A program made the translations under genes and the position numbers. This document shows, in pieces, positions 36,366 to 48,338 of a DNA stretch of 64,000 nucleotides. The first letter of the stretch is position 1. The number at the start of each line of letters is the position of its first letter. The stretch lies in assembly GCA_965218585.1 (NCBI GenBank), contig CBDCLE010000002.1, forward strand, positions 192,001 through 256,000, given 5' to 3'. Source of the DNA: Terriglobia bacterium (GTDB lineage Bacteria; Acidobacteriota; Terriglobia; 20CM-2-55-15). Under the pieces are notes generated by a model. That model was not told where the DNA came from. It saw only the letters and a list, made by a program, of their open reading frames with translations, and ran no database searches.

Positions 36366-38073
36366 TCAGTCGTGACCAGTACCATCAAGAAACGCTCGGA
36401 GCCGACGGCTCCGGCTGGGATGCCTCAGCTTCCGGAGCGCCTTGGCTTCGATCTGCCGGATCCTCTCGCGTGTCACAGCAAAGTTCTGTCCCACCTCTTC
36501 CAGCGTGTGCTCGGTACCGTCTTCAAGACCGAATCGCATCTTGATCACTCGTTCTTCGCGCGGCGTGAGCGTATTCAGAACCTGCTCGGTCATTTCCTTC
36601 AAGTTGACGTTTATGACTGCGTCAGACGGAGAGACCACACCCCGGTCTTCGATGAAGTCACCCAGATGGGAATCTTCTTCCTCGCCGATCGGCGTCTCCA
36701 GTGAAATCGGCTCCTGAGCGATCTTAAGGACCTTTCGAACCTTGGATACATCGATGTCCATCCGCTCGGCGATCTCTTCGCTGGTGGGTTCTCGTCCCAA
36801 CTCCTGCACCAGAGCACGCGACGTACGGATCAATTTGTTGATCGTCTCGATCATGTGAACGGGAATACGGATCGTCCTGGCCTGATCGGCAATCGCACGC
36901 GTAATAGCCTGCCGGATCCACCAGGTCGCGTACGTCGAGAATTTATAACCTCTCCGATACTCGAACTTGTCGACAGCCTTCATCAAACCGATATTGCCTT
37001 CCTGGATCAGGTCAAGAAACTGCAATCCGCGGTTCGTATACTTTTTGGCGATCGACACCACCAGCCTCAGGTTGGCCTCAACGAGTTCCCGTTTGGCGTT
37101 CTCCGCTTCGATCTGACCGCGAACGACCGTCTGCAGCGTCCGACGCACCTCCAGTGCCGTCGTCTTGTTTTCCTCTTCGAAAGCTTTCAGCTGTTGTTTG
37201 ACCGCACGGATCTCCTTTTGGACATTCTTACGATAGTCCTTTTTCGTGTGGTCGGCCTTCCTCTGCAAACGGGCCAACTCACGCTCGAGAGGGCGGACTG
37301 TGCTGACTGCCTCACGCACGAGAACAATCAGTGCCGTCTTCTTATTCGCGGAGTATCCCAGGCTCCGAACGAGACGGGAGAGCTTCACCCTGTGCCGACC
37401 CAGTTTCCAGCGCGCTTTACGATGCTCCTTGGATTTTCGGGTTTTGGGAATCGAATCCAGCTTTGTGCGAAGCGTGTTCGCCCTGCGATACCCCTTGCCA
37501 ATACCGGCGATAGTGTCGACCGTCTCAGCGTGCTTGGCCTCGACTCTGTCTTCAGTAAGATCCTCTTCCGTAAACTGAATGATGTCCTTGATGATGCTGG
37601 GATCCTTCTTGAGTTGATCACCCAGACCCATGATCTCCCGAATCACGATGGGCGAACGGGACACGGACTGGAGGGCCCTCAGATGCCCCCGCTCAATCCT
37701 TTTCGCAATCTCGACCTCGCCGTCGGCGCGTCAACAGCGGCACAGTACCCATTTCCCGGAGGTACATCCGAACCGGATCATTCGTCTTTTCCAAGGCACC
37801 TGGCGTCAGATCCAGTTCGACAGTGGCGGGCTTACTGTCCCCTCCAGCTTTCTTATCTCGAGCGGGTTTTTCTGAAGCGAAAGACTGGTCTTCAGTTTCG
37901 ATGACTTCGATTCCGACGGCGCTGAACGCAGCAAACAGCTCCTCAAGATCCTCGGCAGACGCTGTGATTTCCGGGGGAAGGATGTTGCTCACTTCGTCAT
38001 AGAGCAAGTAACCCTTCTCCTTGCCCATGTCGATCAGCTTCTGCACTTCGTCGTACTTTTCTTCGAGTTTCAT
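36366..38073 (-). CDS. rpoD: RNA polymerase sigma factor RpoD (one +1 indel near 37725, probably an assembly error)
   Basis: '[17 protein letters not shown]' continues as '[13 protein letters not shown]' after removing one C; regions 2-4 intact ('[12 protein letters not shown]', '[14 protein letters not shown]', 'TRERIRQIE'). Confidence 0.95.
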
Positions 38074-38248
38074 GATCCTCCAGGTGCTAACTGTCTAATT
38101 TATGAAGCATTTATGCGTAATCGCCGCGCTTGGGGAATCCTGTTTTCCGTGGTGAGTAAATCGGGCGCATTCCGACAGATAACCAAAATAGGCATGGATT
38201 ATTCATTTTCAAGAGTTTAAGCACGATTTTTTTCACAATTCTCAGTAT

Positions 38249-39964
38249 TTATGACTGCATGGCCTTGAGTCTGGATTTCTCGGTGGCAATCTCCATCTGC
38301 CGCCGAACTAGCTCGGGTGGCGCAGACCCGGACTTGTAAGTTTCCAGCTCGGCCCGAATGGCCTTCTCTGTTTTGACGAGATGCGCCTGATAGAGCTGCC
38401 CCATGGAGACAATGGCGACTTCCGGGGAGATCTTCCCGAACGGCTCCATCACCGCTTCACGAACTTCCCTTTCCAACTCTCCATCCTCCAAACCATCGAG
38501 CGCCTGTTCGATATTCACCCGCGGATCCTGGATCAACTTCTCGATCAAGCGGCCCGCCCAGATACCGGAAAGGAACTCACTCCCCTCGCCTCCAACGAAT
38601 CGCTCAAGCGAGGTCGCGATGCCCGGATCCTGAAGCACGGCCTGGATAATCTGCTTTTCGGCTAAAGTCAGCCTCTGTTTTCGAGGCGCCCTTCCAGCAG
38701 CAGCCGTCGGCTTCCGTCCGGTCTTGAGCTGCTCCATGACCAGGTCCGGGGGCAGATGGAATCTCTCGCTGACGGCTCGAGCGATTTCCAGTTGCACCAC
38801 CCGATCTGAAATACGTGTCACGTATCCCAGGATCTCTCCGACCATGCGGGACTTCACCTCTGGCCGGGAAAGATCCGCCTCAGCCTCAGCCCTCTCTATC
38901 AGGTGTTCCCAGAAATAGGGGGCCTGATCCAGTTGGAGACGATACTTGTCGGCGCCTTCGGCGCGGACAAAGTCGTCGGGATCCATGCCTCCGGGCAGAG
39001 TCAGGATCCGAACCGTCAACCCCCGTTCGAGCAGGAGCTCGATCGACCGTTTTGCTGCATTCTGGCCAGCAGCGTCGGGATCGTAATTGACAACCACCTC
39101 CGGAACGTAACGCGCCAGTATCCCGACCTGCTGCGCGGTCAGGCTGGTACCACAGGACGCTACGACGTTACGCACCCCGCTCTGATGCAGGCTCAGACAA
39201 TCGAAGTAGCCTTCCACAACCACCATTCGGCCAGCCTTCCGGGCCTCGTTCTTGGCTAGATGCAGGCCGTATAAGACGAACGACTTCGAGTAGAGCGGAG
39301 ATTCCGGCGAATTCAGGTATTTGGGTTGGCCGTCTCCAATAATGCGCCCGCCAAAAGCGATGACCTTTCCTCTCTCGTTCCATATCGGGAACATCAGGCG
39401 TCGGCGAAAACGATCGTAAACCTCTCCATTGTCGTTCTTCTGGAAAAGGCCGGAACCGAGAGGATCCTTCGGCTTCAGAAGTTTCAGCAGGCCGTAGGGC
39501 GGTGCATAGCCCAAACCGAACCGCTCGATAAACTCGGGACGAATTTCCCGATCCTCCAGAATCCTCTGCGCACCCTGCGCTTCGGACGTGCCGAGGCGCG
39601 TTGCGAAATACCCCGCGGTCTTTTCATAGATCTCCAGAAGCGCTTCACGCTCCCGGGCCGAAGCGTCGTCCTTCGAGGAAACCTTGGGAACAGGTATGCC
39701 GCACTTTTCGGCCACGATCCGGATCGATTCCGGGAACGAGACGCCTTCGGCCAGCATCACGAACTTGAAAACGTCACCCCCAACGCCACATCCGAAGCAA
39801 TGGAATATCTGCTTCTCTCCATGAACGGAAAAAGACGGCGTCTTCTCGGTATGAAACGGGCAGAGACCCTTCAGACTCTTAGACGTTCCCTTCAGCGTGA
39901 CGTAGTCGGAAATCACGCGCACGATGTCGGCGGACAGACGAATCGATTCAGCTAAATTGCTCAT
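38249..39964 (-). CDS. dnaG: DNA primase
   Basis: 'CPFHTEKTPSF', 'CFGCG', 'KYLNSPE', TOPRIM 'VEGYFD', 'DPD'. Confidence 0.97.
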   Translation of the reverse strand: MSNLAESIRLSADIVRVISDYVTLKGTSKSLKGLCPFHTEKTPSFSVHGEKQIFHCFGCGVGGDVFKFVMLAEGVSFPESIRIVAEKCGIPVPKVSSKDDASAREREALLEIYEKTAGYFATRLGTSEAQGAQRILEDREIRPEFIERFGLGYAPPYGLLKLLKPKDPLGSGLFQKNDNGEVYDRFRRRLMFPIWNERGKVIAFGGRIIGDGQPKYLNSPESPLYSKSFVLYGLHLAKNEARKAGRMVVVEGYFDCLSLHQSGVRNVVASCGTSLTAQQVGILARYVPEVVVNYDPDAAGQNAAKRSIELLLERGLTVRILTLPGGMDPDDFVRAEGADKYRLQLDQAPYFWEHLIERAEAEADLSRPEVKSRMVGEILGYVTRISDRVVQLEIARAVSERFHLPPDLVMEQLKTGRKPTAAAGRAPRKQRLTLAEKQIIQAVLQDPGIATSLERFVGGEGSEFLSGIWAGRLIEKLIQDPRVNIEQALDGLEDGELEREVREAVMEPFGKISPEVAIVSMGQLYQAHLVKTEKAIRAELETYKSGSAPPELVRRQMEIATEKSRLKAMQS

Positions 39965-40138
39965 TCAAGAACGGTAGGGCGTCCTGTAAAGATGGAAATC
40001 AGACAATTTATACTATCGCCAGTGGAAATAGCAACACTAGTGTCCTTCCAGAATGGGACTGATGGGGTCATAGTCGGGGCGAGATAAAACGCATCGTTAG
40101 GAAAAGACGCTCGATCCCTGACTAACCTCAATTTTTTC

Positions 40139-42485
40139 TCAGTTTTTCAACGTGGCAACAGTAGCGCCAGATCCACCCTGATTCTGAGGTGCGGCCCGAA
40201 ACCCTCGACTTGAGCGTGCGTCTCCAGAAACTCCGATATCGCGCGCCGGAGAACGCCCATCCCCGAGCCGTGGACGATACGGACGATTGAAAGCCCGGTC
40301 AGGAAGGCGTCATCCAGGAATTTGTCCAACCGCTCGATAGCTTCCTCAACCCGACAACCGATCAGGTTGATTTCGTTTGAGTCCATCTGCTTTTCAGAAA
40401 AATCATAGCTGACGTTTCGGGGTAGTTCCACCGGAGGCGACACAACCTCGATGTCATTGAGAGGCCGACGCATCTTCATGTTGCCAACCCTCACCTCGAC
40501 CTCAGAGGTCATGACTTCTGAAACGAGCCCTTCGACACCCAAAGAAACTACACGGACACGGGAACCGGGGCTAGGAGGCTCGGCCACCGGGACTGGAGGT
40601 GAGTCAGTAGCTTCCGCTTCGGTTTCCTTCTGCTCGCGGCGGATCTGAGCACTGGCCTGTACCCGCGCCCGCTCCAGCGTTCTCTCGAATCGTTTCTTAG
40701 CCTCGCGGCCTGCCACTTTAAGCTCTTTGCTCGCGGCGTCGCGAATCTCTTCAACGATCGCGTCCAGCCGGCTTTCTATCCGGGCCAGTTCTTCGCGACG
40801 CTCACCCTCTAACCGGACGCGCATACCGGCCTTCCAATCTTCGAACTCCCGCCGTTCGGCCTCGAGTTCTCGTTTTTCACCTTCCAGGCTTCGGACCCGC
40901 GCCTTGAGCTCTTCGACGTACCGGGCGGCATCCAGTTCGCTTCGATCCAGTGACGTTCTCGCGGTTTCGATCAGGGTTAACGGTAGGCGCAAGCGCTCGG
41001 CAATTTTCAAACCGCTCGACTGTCCCGCCAGACCATCGATCAGCAGGTAGGTCGGTTCCAGCGTCTCATCGTTGAACTCCATTGCGGCATTCCGGACACC
41101 ATCGGTGGTCTCGGCGTACATCTTCAGCCGGTTGTAGTGGGTCGTAGCGAGAGTGAGGGAACCGACACCCCGAAAATGCTCGAGAACGGCGGCGGCCAAT
41201 GCAGCGCCCTCTGTCGGCTCGGTGCTCGAACCGATCTCGTCAAGCAGGATCAAAGAGTGCTCCGAGGCCGAGGCGACCATTTCCGAAACCGTGAGAACGT
41301 GGGCCGAGAATGTGCTGAGCTGGTTCGCGATGGATTGCTGGTCGCCGATGTCCGCAAATACGTGATCGAGAATCGGTAGCCGGGCTTTCTCTGCAGGGAA
41401 CGGGAATTCCGGACTGAGCCATCAGCGACAGCAGGCCGAGGGTCTTCAACACGACCGTTTTTCCCCCGGCATTCGGGCCACTGATCACCAGGACACGCTC
41501 ATTCGGCTCCATTTCCAGGGTCAACGGGACGGTTTTCGCGCCTTCAGATCGCAAGCCTGAATCCAGAAGGGGGTGGCGGGCAGAAACCAGGGAAAGGCCC
41601 ACCGTCGGAAAACTCCGGGCTCATACAGTTAAAAGTCCCGGCCCCAGCTGGCAATGCCGAAGAGCACATCCATCTCAGAACGCAAACGAGCCGCAGCCTT
41701 CAGATCGTCAGTCGAAATCTGAATCCTGTCGGTCAACTCGCCCAGTATCCGCCCGACCTCGTGCATCTCCTCGTCTTCCAGATGCACGATGTCGTTGTTC
41801 ATCTCGAGGGTTTCGAGCGGCTCCATGAACACGGTGGCTCCGCTGGAAGAAGTGCCATGAACGATTCCGTTCACACTCCGTTTCTGTTCGGTCCGGATCG
41901 GTATGACATATCGTCCGTTACGTATGGTGACCAGCTGATCCTGAAGTTGGTCGGAGAACTCTTCGCTCTTGAGGATCGATTCCAGCTTGCGGTTGAGTCG
42001 CGCCCGCGCCTTTTCGAGTTCACGCCGCAAACGTTTGAGCGTCGGGCTGTAGTCCTCGTTGACCTCGCCCCCGCGGACAGCACGCCCCAACAGGTCGCGA
42101 AGATCCTTGAAGTCGGGGTAAGCCCTGGCCTTCCGAGCAAGCAGGGGAAAGTCGGAATCGTCTGCCTTCCACCGTGTCCTGAAGGCTTCGGATTCAGAGA
42201 GAAAATCTCCGACAGCCTCTATTTCGCCGATGGTCAGAGTAATTCCGGGGAGACCGATTCGATCGATGACCGAGGGCAGGAGCGTGATGTCGGCAAACAC
42301 GACACGGTGTTCACCCAGATACGCCATCGCCTCTCGATTCAGGGCATGACTTGCGATAAGCGTGTCTTTATTATTTGTCGGTTTGAGACCCTCCAGCCTG
42401 TCCCGTCCTCCCGGACTTCGGACGTAAGGGCTCCAGGAGTTCCTTGAACCGGGTTGTATTCGAGAGGTTCGGGCGAGAAATCCAT
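40139..42485 (-). CDS. mutS2: Endonuclease MutS2 (about six single-base indels, probably assembly errors)
   Basis: Fragments give '[17 protein letters not shown]', 'ARHPLL', 'SGPNAGGKT', '[11 protein letters not shown]', 'TTHY', Smr '[11 protein letters not shown]'; rejoined frame ends '[13 protein letters not shown]'. Confidence 0.9.
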
Positions 42486-43231
42486 CAAAGACGGTTGATC
42501 AGACTGGCAACGACACCTGCGCCGTAGCCGTTGTCAATGTTCACCACAGTCACATTCGAGGCACACGAATTGAGCATTCCCAGCAGGGCGGCGACGCCTC
42601 CGAAACTCGCGCCGTAACCCACGCTGGTGGCCACAGCGATCACCGGCATTCCGACCAATCCGCCCACTACGCTGGGTAAGGCCCCCTCCATTCCCGCGAC
42701 AACTATCAGAACACGCGCATCCGCAAGGCGGTCGCGTCGGTCGAGAAGCCGGTGCAATCCCGAAACACCAACGTCGAATAAGGCGTCGACTTCGTTTCCC
42801 ATCACATTGAGGGTCACAACGGCCTCCTCAGCAACGGGGATATCTGAGGTGCCGGCCGAAACAACCATGACCGTTCCCTTTCCTTTAACTTCCTGGTCCT
42901 TGATTATCGCAATCGCACCCGAACGGGCATGGAAGCAGGCCTCGGGTGCCAGTTCCCGGACGCGCTCATACGCGGAGGCATTGGACCGGGTGACCAGAAC
43001 ATTGTGGTCCTGCCGCAGCATGACGCGAACGATTTCGACCAGTTCCTCTTCTGTCTTGCCCGCCCCGAACACAACTTCCGGATAGCCCTGCCGAAGAGAC
43101 CGGTGATGGTCAACGTTGGCAAAGTCCAGATCTTCGAACGGCAGATTTCGAAACCGGTCTATGGCGTCGTCCACCGACATCTCACCGTTCCGATAGTTCT
43201 CCAGAACACGCCTGATTTCGTCTTCAGTCAT
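42485..43231 (-). CDS. larB: LarB-family (AIR carboxylase-like) protein
   Basis: '[20 protein letters not shown]', '[12 protein letters not shown]', '[10 protein letters not shown]', '[11 protein letters not shown]', 'VNIDNGYGA'. Confidence 0.9.
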   Translation of the reverse strand: MTEDEIRRVLENYRNGEMSVDDAIDRFRNLPFEDLDFANVDHHRSLRQGYPEVVFGAGKTEEELVEIVRVMLRQDHNVLVTRSNASAYERVRELAPEACFHARSGAIAIIKDQEVKGKGTVMVVSAGTSDIPVAEEAVVTLNVMGNEVDALFDVGVSGLHRLLDRRDRLADARVLIVVAGMEGALPSVVGGLVGMPVIAVATSVGYGASFGGVAALLGMLNSCASNVTVVNIDNGYGAGVVASLINRL

Positions 43232-43356
43232 AAGAAGAAGCGCCAGCGAAAAGTTAAGAGGGACGAGCCAGGAAAAAACTCCGGTTCCCCGCGGGTGACG
43301 CGTCACTCACAGCACTATACCCAAAAACTACTGGCGTTCCATACTGAGGTTTGGCT

Positions 43357-44236
43357 ATGGTGAGGCTTCGGGGACTGTACGCTGTGTGGCACAAACTCAA
43401 GATAACATTAGAGATGATCGCTTTCGAACACACTGTGTTTGCGCTGCCCTTTGCCCTGATCGCCGCACTTCTGGCCCAGGACGGCATCCCTGGTGGTCGG
43501 CAGATCTTCTGGATCGTGGCGGCGATGGTTGGCGCGCGTAGTGCCGCGATGACCTTCAATCGGATTGTAGACCTGGACTATGACCGGGCCAATCCCCGGA
43601 CCCGGGGTCGCGCCCTGCCGTCCGGCCGGCTGTCGATGGGCTTCGCCATAGCCTTTACGGTGGCCATGTCCGCACTGTTCGTCGTTTCTGCCGGAATGCT
43701 GAACCGGCTCTGTCTCTACCTGTCCCTGCCCACGCTCATCATCCTTCTGGCCTATTCCTATACGAAACGGTTTACGCTGCTCAGCCACCTGGTCCTGGGG
43801 TTCGCAATCGGACTGGGCTCCGTTGGGATCATGGCTGGCCATCCGTGGGGAGTTTGCGCTGTCTCCGATACTGCTGGGGTTCACTGTCATGCTATGGATC
43901 GCCGGATTCGATCTCATCTATGCTTGCCAGGATGTGGAGTTCGACCGTCGATCCCGATTGTTTTCAATTCCGGCCGGGTGGGGTAAATCCCAGGCGCTGG
44001 GCCTGTCTTCGCTCCTTCACGTCGGTACAGTAGTGGTGCTGGTCGGTATCGCCTGGCTCTCGGGCCTGGGAGCAGTTGCGTATGGCGGGATCGCAATCGT
44101 TGCTGCGATACTATATTGGGAACACCGCATCGTCAGACCGGACGATCTGAGCCGTGTGAACGTCGCGTTTTTTACGCTTAACGGGTATGTGAGCCTGCTG
44201 TTGCTGGTGGCCTTCGCGACGGACATACTCATCTGA
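43357..44236 (+). CDS. UbiA-family prenyltransferase (MqnP-like); +1 indel near 43817
   Basis: 'FEHTVFALPFA', 'NRIVD..D..NPRT..R.LPSG', 'YSYTKRF', then 'GFDLIYACQD' in the shifted frame. Confidence 0.88.
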
Positions 44237-44249
44237 ACCCGAGGTAGCC

Positions 44250-45482
44250 ATGAAACGAATCACATTCGTGTCGCTGATGCTTGTTACGACTCTCGCGTTA
44301 GGAACCGAGCGGGAGCCATTGGAGCAGTATCAGGCCCGCCGGTTGCAGCTGGCATCGCAGCTGGATGGCGCAGTCGTACTCTACGCAGCACCCTCAGCGG
44401 ATCTTGTCCAGTATCAGCAGGAGGACAATTTTTACTATCTGACGGGGTTTACCGAACCCAACGCCATTCTTTTACTCGACGCAACCGGTGACGAGATGCG
44501 CGAATTTCTCTTCATTCCACCTCGTGACATGGATGAAGAACGCTGGACCGGAGCGAAGCTGGGTCCCGGTCCGGAAGCCGCCGAGGAAACCGGTTTCATG
44601 GCGGTCGAAGAGCTGGACGCGTTTCGAGATCGACTCGAAGCTGTCCTCGAGGACGTAGATACCATTTACGCACTGACCGATCGGGAGTCCGATCTCATGC
44701 GCCTCAGTGAGGCGGCACCCGAGGCCGATTTAGAAGATGTCCGACCAACAATAGCGGCTATGCGACAGGTCAAGTCTGCTACCGAAATCGCGCTGCTTCA
44801 GAAAGCGATCGAGATAACAATGACGGCTCAGGAAGCGGCCGCCAGCATCATTCGGCCGAACGCTTTCGAATACGAAGTGGAGGCCATCATCGAATACGAG
44901 TTCCGGCGGGGTGGTGCCGAAAGGCCCGGCTTCCCCTCAATCGTGGGCTCCGGCCCGTTTGCCTCGATCCTCCACTACGACCGCAATGATCGCCAGATGC
45001 TTGATGGAGACATGGTCGTGATCGACATCGGTGCAGAATACGGGGGATACACGGCCGACATCACGCGGACCTATCCCGTCAATGGAACGTTCACCTCGCG
45101 GCAGCGGGAGATATATCAGATTGTCCTGGATGCGCAGAAAGCCGCCCTGGAAAGAGTAAGGCCCGGGGCGAGCATGGGCGGCGGCGACGACGGCATTCGC
45201 AGTGCAGCCCGGGACTACATCGAATCGAAAGGCTACGGCGATTACTTCTTTCACGGTACCAGTCACCATATCGGTCTCCAGGTTCATGATGTGGGCGACA
45301 CGCGGCGGGAGTTGGAACCGAACATGGTTTTGACCGTGGAACCTGGAATTTATCTCCCGGACGAAAACATCGGTGTACGGATTGAAGACGACGTGATCGT
45401 AACTGAAACCGGGTACCGCATACTTTCAGACTTTCCCAGAGAGATCGATGAGATCGAAGCGTTGATGGCGGGGGATCGGTAA
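44250..45482 (+). CDS. pepP: Xaa-Pro aminopeptidase (M24B), likely exported
   Basis: 'FYYLTG', 'LHY', 'DIGAEYGGYTADITRT', 'HGTSHHIGLQVHD', 'TVEPGIY', 'GVRIEDD'. Confidence 0.92.
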   Translation: MKRITFVSLMLVTTLALGTEREPLEQYQARRLQLASQLDGAVVLYAAPSADLVQYQQEDNFYYLTGFTEPNAILLLDATGDEMREFLFIPPRDMDEERWTGAKLGPGPEAAEETGFMAVEELDAFRDRLEAVLEDVDTIYALTDRESDLMRLSEAAPEADLEDVRPTIAAMRQVKSATEIALLQKAIEITMTAQEAAASIIRPNAFEYEVEAIIEYEFRRGGAERPGFPSIVGSGPFASILHYDRNDRQMLDGDMVVIDIGAEYGGYTADITRTYPVNGTFTSRQREIYQIVLDAQKAALERVRPGASMGGGDDGIRSAARDYIESKGYGDYFFHGTSHHIGLQVHDVGDTRRELEPNMVLTVEPGIYLPDENIGVRIEDDVIVTETGYRILSDFPREIDEIEALMAGDR

Positions 45483-45490
45483 GACCATCG

Positions 45491-45562
45491 ACCACCGAGG
45501 CACGGAAAGCCCAGAGGAAACCAAAGATTCTTGATCTTTGCGTCTTTGCACCTTGGCGGTTA
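45491..45562. repeat. GCAAAG-unit inverted repeat, copy 5 (degenerate)
   Basis: ACCACCGAGGCACGGAAAG ... CTTTGCGTCTTTGCACCTTGGCGGTT. Confidence 0.55.
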
Positions 45563-45605
45563 AATTCCCTCGATCCTATAGATAACCAGAAAAGGCACTA
45601 ATTTC

Positions 45606-46169
45606 ATGATTCAAGCGACTCAACTGCGTAAAGGAAACATCATCCTGCTGAACAAGGACCTTTTTCGCGTCGTGGGTTATCAACACCTGACCCCCGGAAA
45701 GGGGCATGGGTTCATGCAGACCAAGCTGAAGAACCTGCGCTCAGGTTCGATCATCGAACACCGTTTTCGTTCTGACGATACAGTCGAGCGAGCGATCCTC
45801 GACAAACGCGAAATGGAATATCTCTACAGCGAAGGCGACACGCATTTCTTCATGGATACCGAGACATACGATCAACTTCATTTCACGTCCGACGTCCTTG
45901 GAGAGTCCATGCAGTACCTTGTTGCCAACGCCCGGATCGAAGTCGAGTTTTTCGAGGAGAAGGCTGTCGGCATTTCACTGCCCACCACCGTGGATCTCAA
46001 GATCACCGAGACCGAACCAGGTATGCGCTCGGCGACCGTGAGCAACGTCCTCAAGCCGGCCACGACCGAGACGGGTCTGGTCGTTCAGGTGCCACACTTC
46101 ATATCGGAAGGAGAGGTCGTACGCGTCGATACCGACGAAGGCAAGTACGTCGAGCGCGTAAGAGAGTAG
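45606..46169 (+). CDS. efp: Elongation factor P
   Basis: 'HLTPGKGHG' PGKG loop, 'KPATTETGLVVQVP.FI'. Confidence 0.96.
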   Translation: MIQATQLRKGNIILLNKDLFRVVGYQHLTPGKGHGFMQTKLKNLRSGSIIEHRFRSDDTVERAILDKREMEYLYSEGDTHFFMDTETYDQLHFTSDVLGESMQYLVANARIEVEFFEEKAVGISLPTTVDLKITETEPGMRSATVSNVLKPATTETGLVVQVPHFISEGEVVRVDTDEGKYVERVRE

Positions 46170-46227
46170 TCCGGTGGGGACTGACGCCTGTCCCCCGCCC
46201 GAGCCGTCTCGGCCTCCTTACGGGCGT

Positions 46228-47609
46228 CTAAGGTGTCATCACTTCGGCAATCACTTCAAGAAGCGTTTCTTCCTCATCCCTGGAAACCGTACGTAAATCG
46301 ATCAGAACGCGATCGTCCTCTATCCGGACAATAACCGGGGGCTCCGCATCCCGAAGCCGTTTTTCCAGTTCCGAGGCAGATAAGTCTTCGCCGAAAGCGC
46401 GACACCCCAGGATGGGATTTCCACCTCTGGCACGGAGCCCCCACCCACGACCGACTTTAGAGGCACCGGGACCGCAACAGAGTTCACTGCCCGATCCGCG
46501 AAAGTTTCAGCCCGGTCGCGAAGCTCGGATTCATCGGTCAGAAGCATCCCGGGTACAGGAACATCTGTTTGCTCTCCTCTCAGATGCATGAGCAGAACGA
46601 TTTCCAGCGCCGAGAGAGTCAGCTTGTCGACGCGGAGTGCGCGGAAGAGCGGATTTTGTCGAATCCTATCGACCAGCGCCTTGCGGCCGGCAACGATCCC
46701 GCACTGCGGCCCCCCCATGAGCTTGTCCCCACTGAACGAAACAACGTCCACGCCGGCTTCAACGCTTTCCCTCGGAAGCGGCTCGTAGGTAAGCGCAGCG
46801 CTGGTCATGCCGGACAATCGCCCGCTTCCAATATCTTCATAAGTCGGGATCCCGGAGCTGCTGCCCAGTTCCACAAACTCCTCGATCGACGCCCGTTCCG
46901 TGAAACCGATGACCCTGAAATTGCTCGGGTGCACCCTGAGCAGAAGACGCGTCTCGGGACCGGCGGCCTCCTTGTAGTCTTCGATCCGGGTCCGGTTGGT
47001 CGTCCCAATCTCGCGCAGCTGCGCGCCGCTCTTGACCATGACTTCGGGAATCCTGAAGGAACCTCCGATCTCAACCTCTTCGCCACGAGACACGAGAACC
47101 TCTCCTCCCTCGGCTAACGAATTGAGAACCAGCAGAACAGCCGCGGCGTTGTTGTTGACCACCAGCGCCGCCTCCGTTCCCAGCAATTCGTTGATCAGAC
47201 CGGCAACGTGGTCGTCCCTCTTTCCCCTTCTTCCCTTTCCGATATTAAACTCGAGATTGGAATAGCCTATCGACACATCCTTCAAATGATCGATGGCAGC
47301 CGTTGGAAGGGGCGCCCGTCCAAGATTCGTATGAAGGACGACTCCCGAAGCATTGATGACGCGCGTCAGCGACGGAGCGAGAAAATCCTCGATCCGGTGA
47401 CGGAGGTCGAGGGCGATTGTACGGGTCAGGTCTTCTCTCGACGCTTCGCTATCCTCCGCTCGCAAGCGGACTCTGGTTTCCTCCAATACCTCGTTCAAAA
47501 GCCGAGTGGCGAACGGTTGTTCGAGAACCGAACCAAAATCGGACAATGCCTCGCTTGCCAAAACTTCGTTGACCGGAGGAATCTGACGGAGGGCTTTCAT
47601 GACGGCCAT
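46228..47609 (-). CDS. selA: L-seryl-tRNA(Sec) selenium transferase (indel near 46395)
   Basis: 'VINASGVVLHTNLGRAPL', 'VNNNAAAV', 'EIGGSFRIP', 'FSGDKLMGGPQ'; shifted frame continues 'PPVIVRIEDDRVLIDLRTV'. Confidence 0.93.
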
Positions 47610-47696
47610 TTCAGCATACAGGACCCTGATTTACAATGAGCGGACCATCAGGGACCGGTGTTGGTATAGGACCCGTAGAAAATCTCGATGGAAATC

Positions 47697-48293
47697 ATGC
47701 TGCGTCTTTCGATCATTTACCTGTCCGGGGTAATAGTCCTGGCTTCTGCACAGCCCGCAAGAGCCTGGCCCGAGACTGCATACCCGGAAATCTTCGACAA
47801 CGCGATCCGCGTCCTGCCAACACCTCTGAGACAACTCCTGGAGGACATGGAGTCGTCGCTCCACCAGGCGTGCTCACCGACCCGGACAGACCAGGCTGTG
47901 GCACAGGCGATCGAGGAACTCCGAAGCCCAGACGGTAATCTCGAACGGGCCGTCACCGCCATGAAGGACGCCGGCTGCGCCATCGCAGCGATGAACGATC
48001 CCAACATGGACGTGCTGGTGGAATCTGAACGGAAGAATTTTGCAGTCGTCTTCTATGGGTGGCATCCCATCATCGAGTGCGGCGACCTCCCCGAGTACCT
48101 GCGGATCCGGGAAGAAGAGCATCAACGACTTCTCGACCGTTTTGGGCGTAGTTCCCAGCTTCCCAGCCGATCCGACAATGTGGAACTTTCCCCGGAGTTC
48201 AGAATGGCATCCATCGCCTTTTCCCATGCGGTTACCGATGTTGCCAACGTCTGGCTCTACGTTTGGACCTCAGTTAACGGCGCACTGGACTAG
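47697..48293 (+). CDS. Exported hypothetical protein (possible degenerate S1/P1 or PLC-like helical fold)
   Basis: Signal peptide ending 'ARA-W'; C-terminal 'SHAVTDVANVWLYVW'. Confidence 0.55.
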   Translation: MLRLSIIYLSGVIVLASAQPARAWPETAYPEIFDNAIRVLPTPLRQLLEDMESSLHQACSPTRTDQAVAQAIEELRSPDGNLERAVTAMKDAGCAIAAMNDPNMDVLVESERKNFAVVFYGWHPIIECGDLPEYLRIREEEHQRLLDRFGRSSQLPSRSDNVELSPEFRMASIAFSHAVTDVANVWLYVWTSVNGALD

Positions 48294-48338
48294 CCACCGT
48301 TTCTGGACAACTAGATACACCGCTGTTAGGAGTACAAG

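Noticed and set aside
36366-38073. Split rpoD or programmed frameshift
   Set aside because: A single extra C, no slippery sequence, inside a cluster of similar indels; an assembly error is more likely.
46228-47609. Selenoprotein recoding near selA
   Set aside because: No in-frame TGA read-through candidates, selB or selC seen; the break in selA is an indel.
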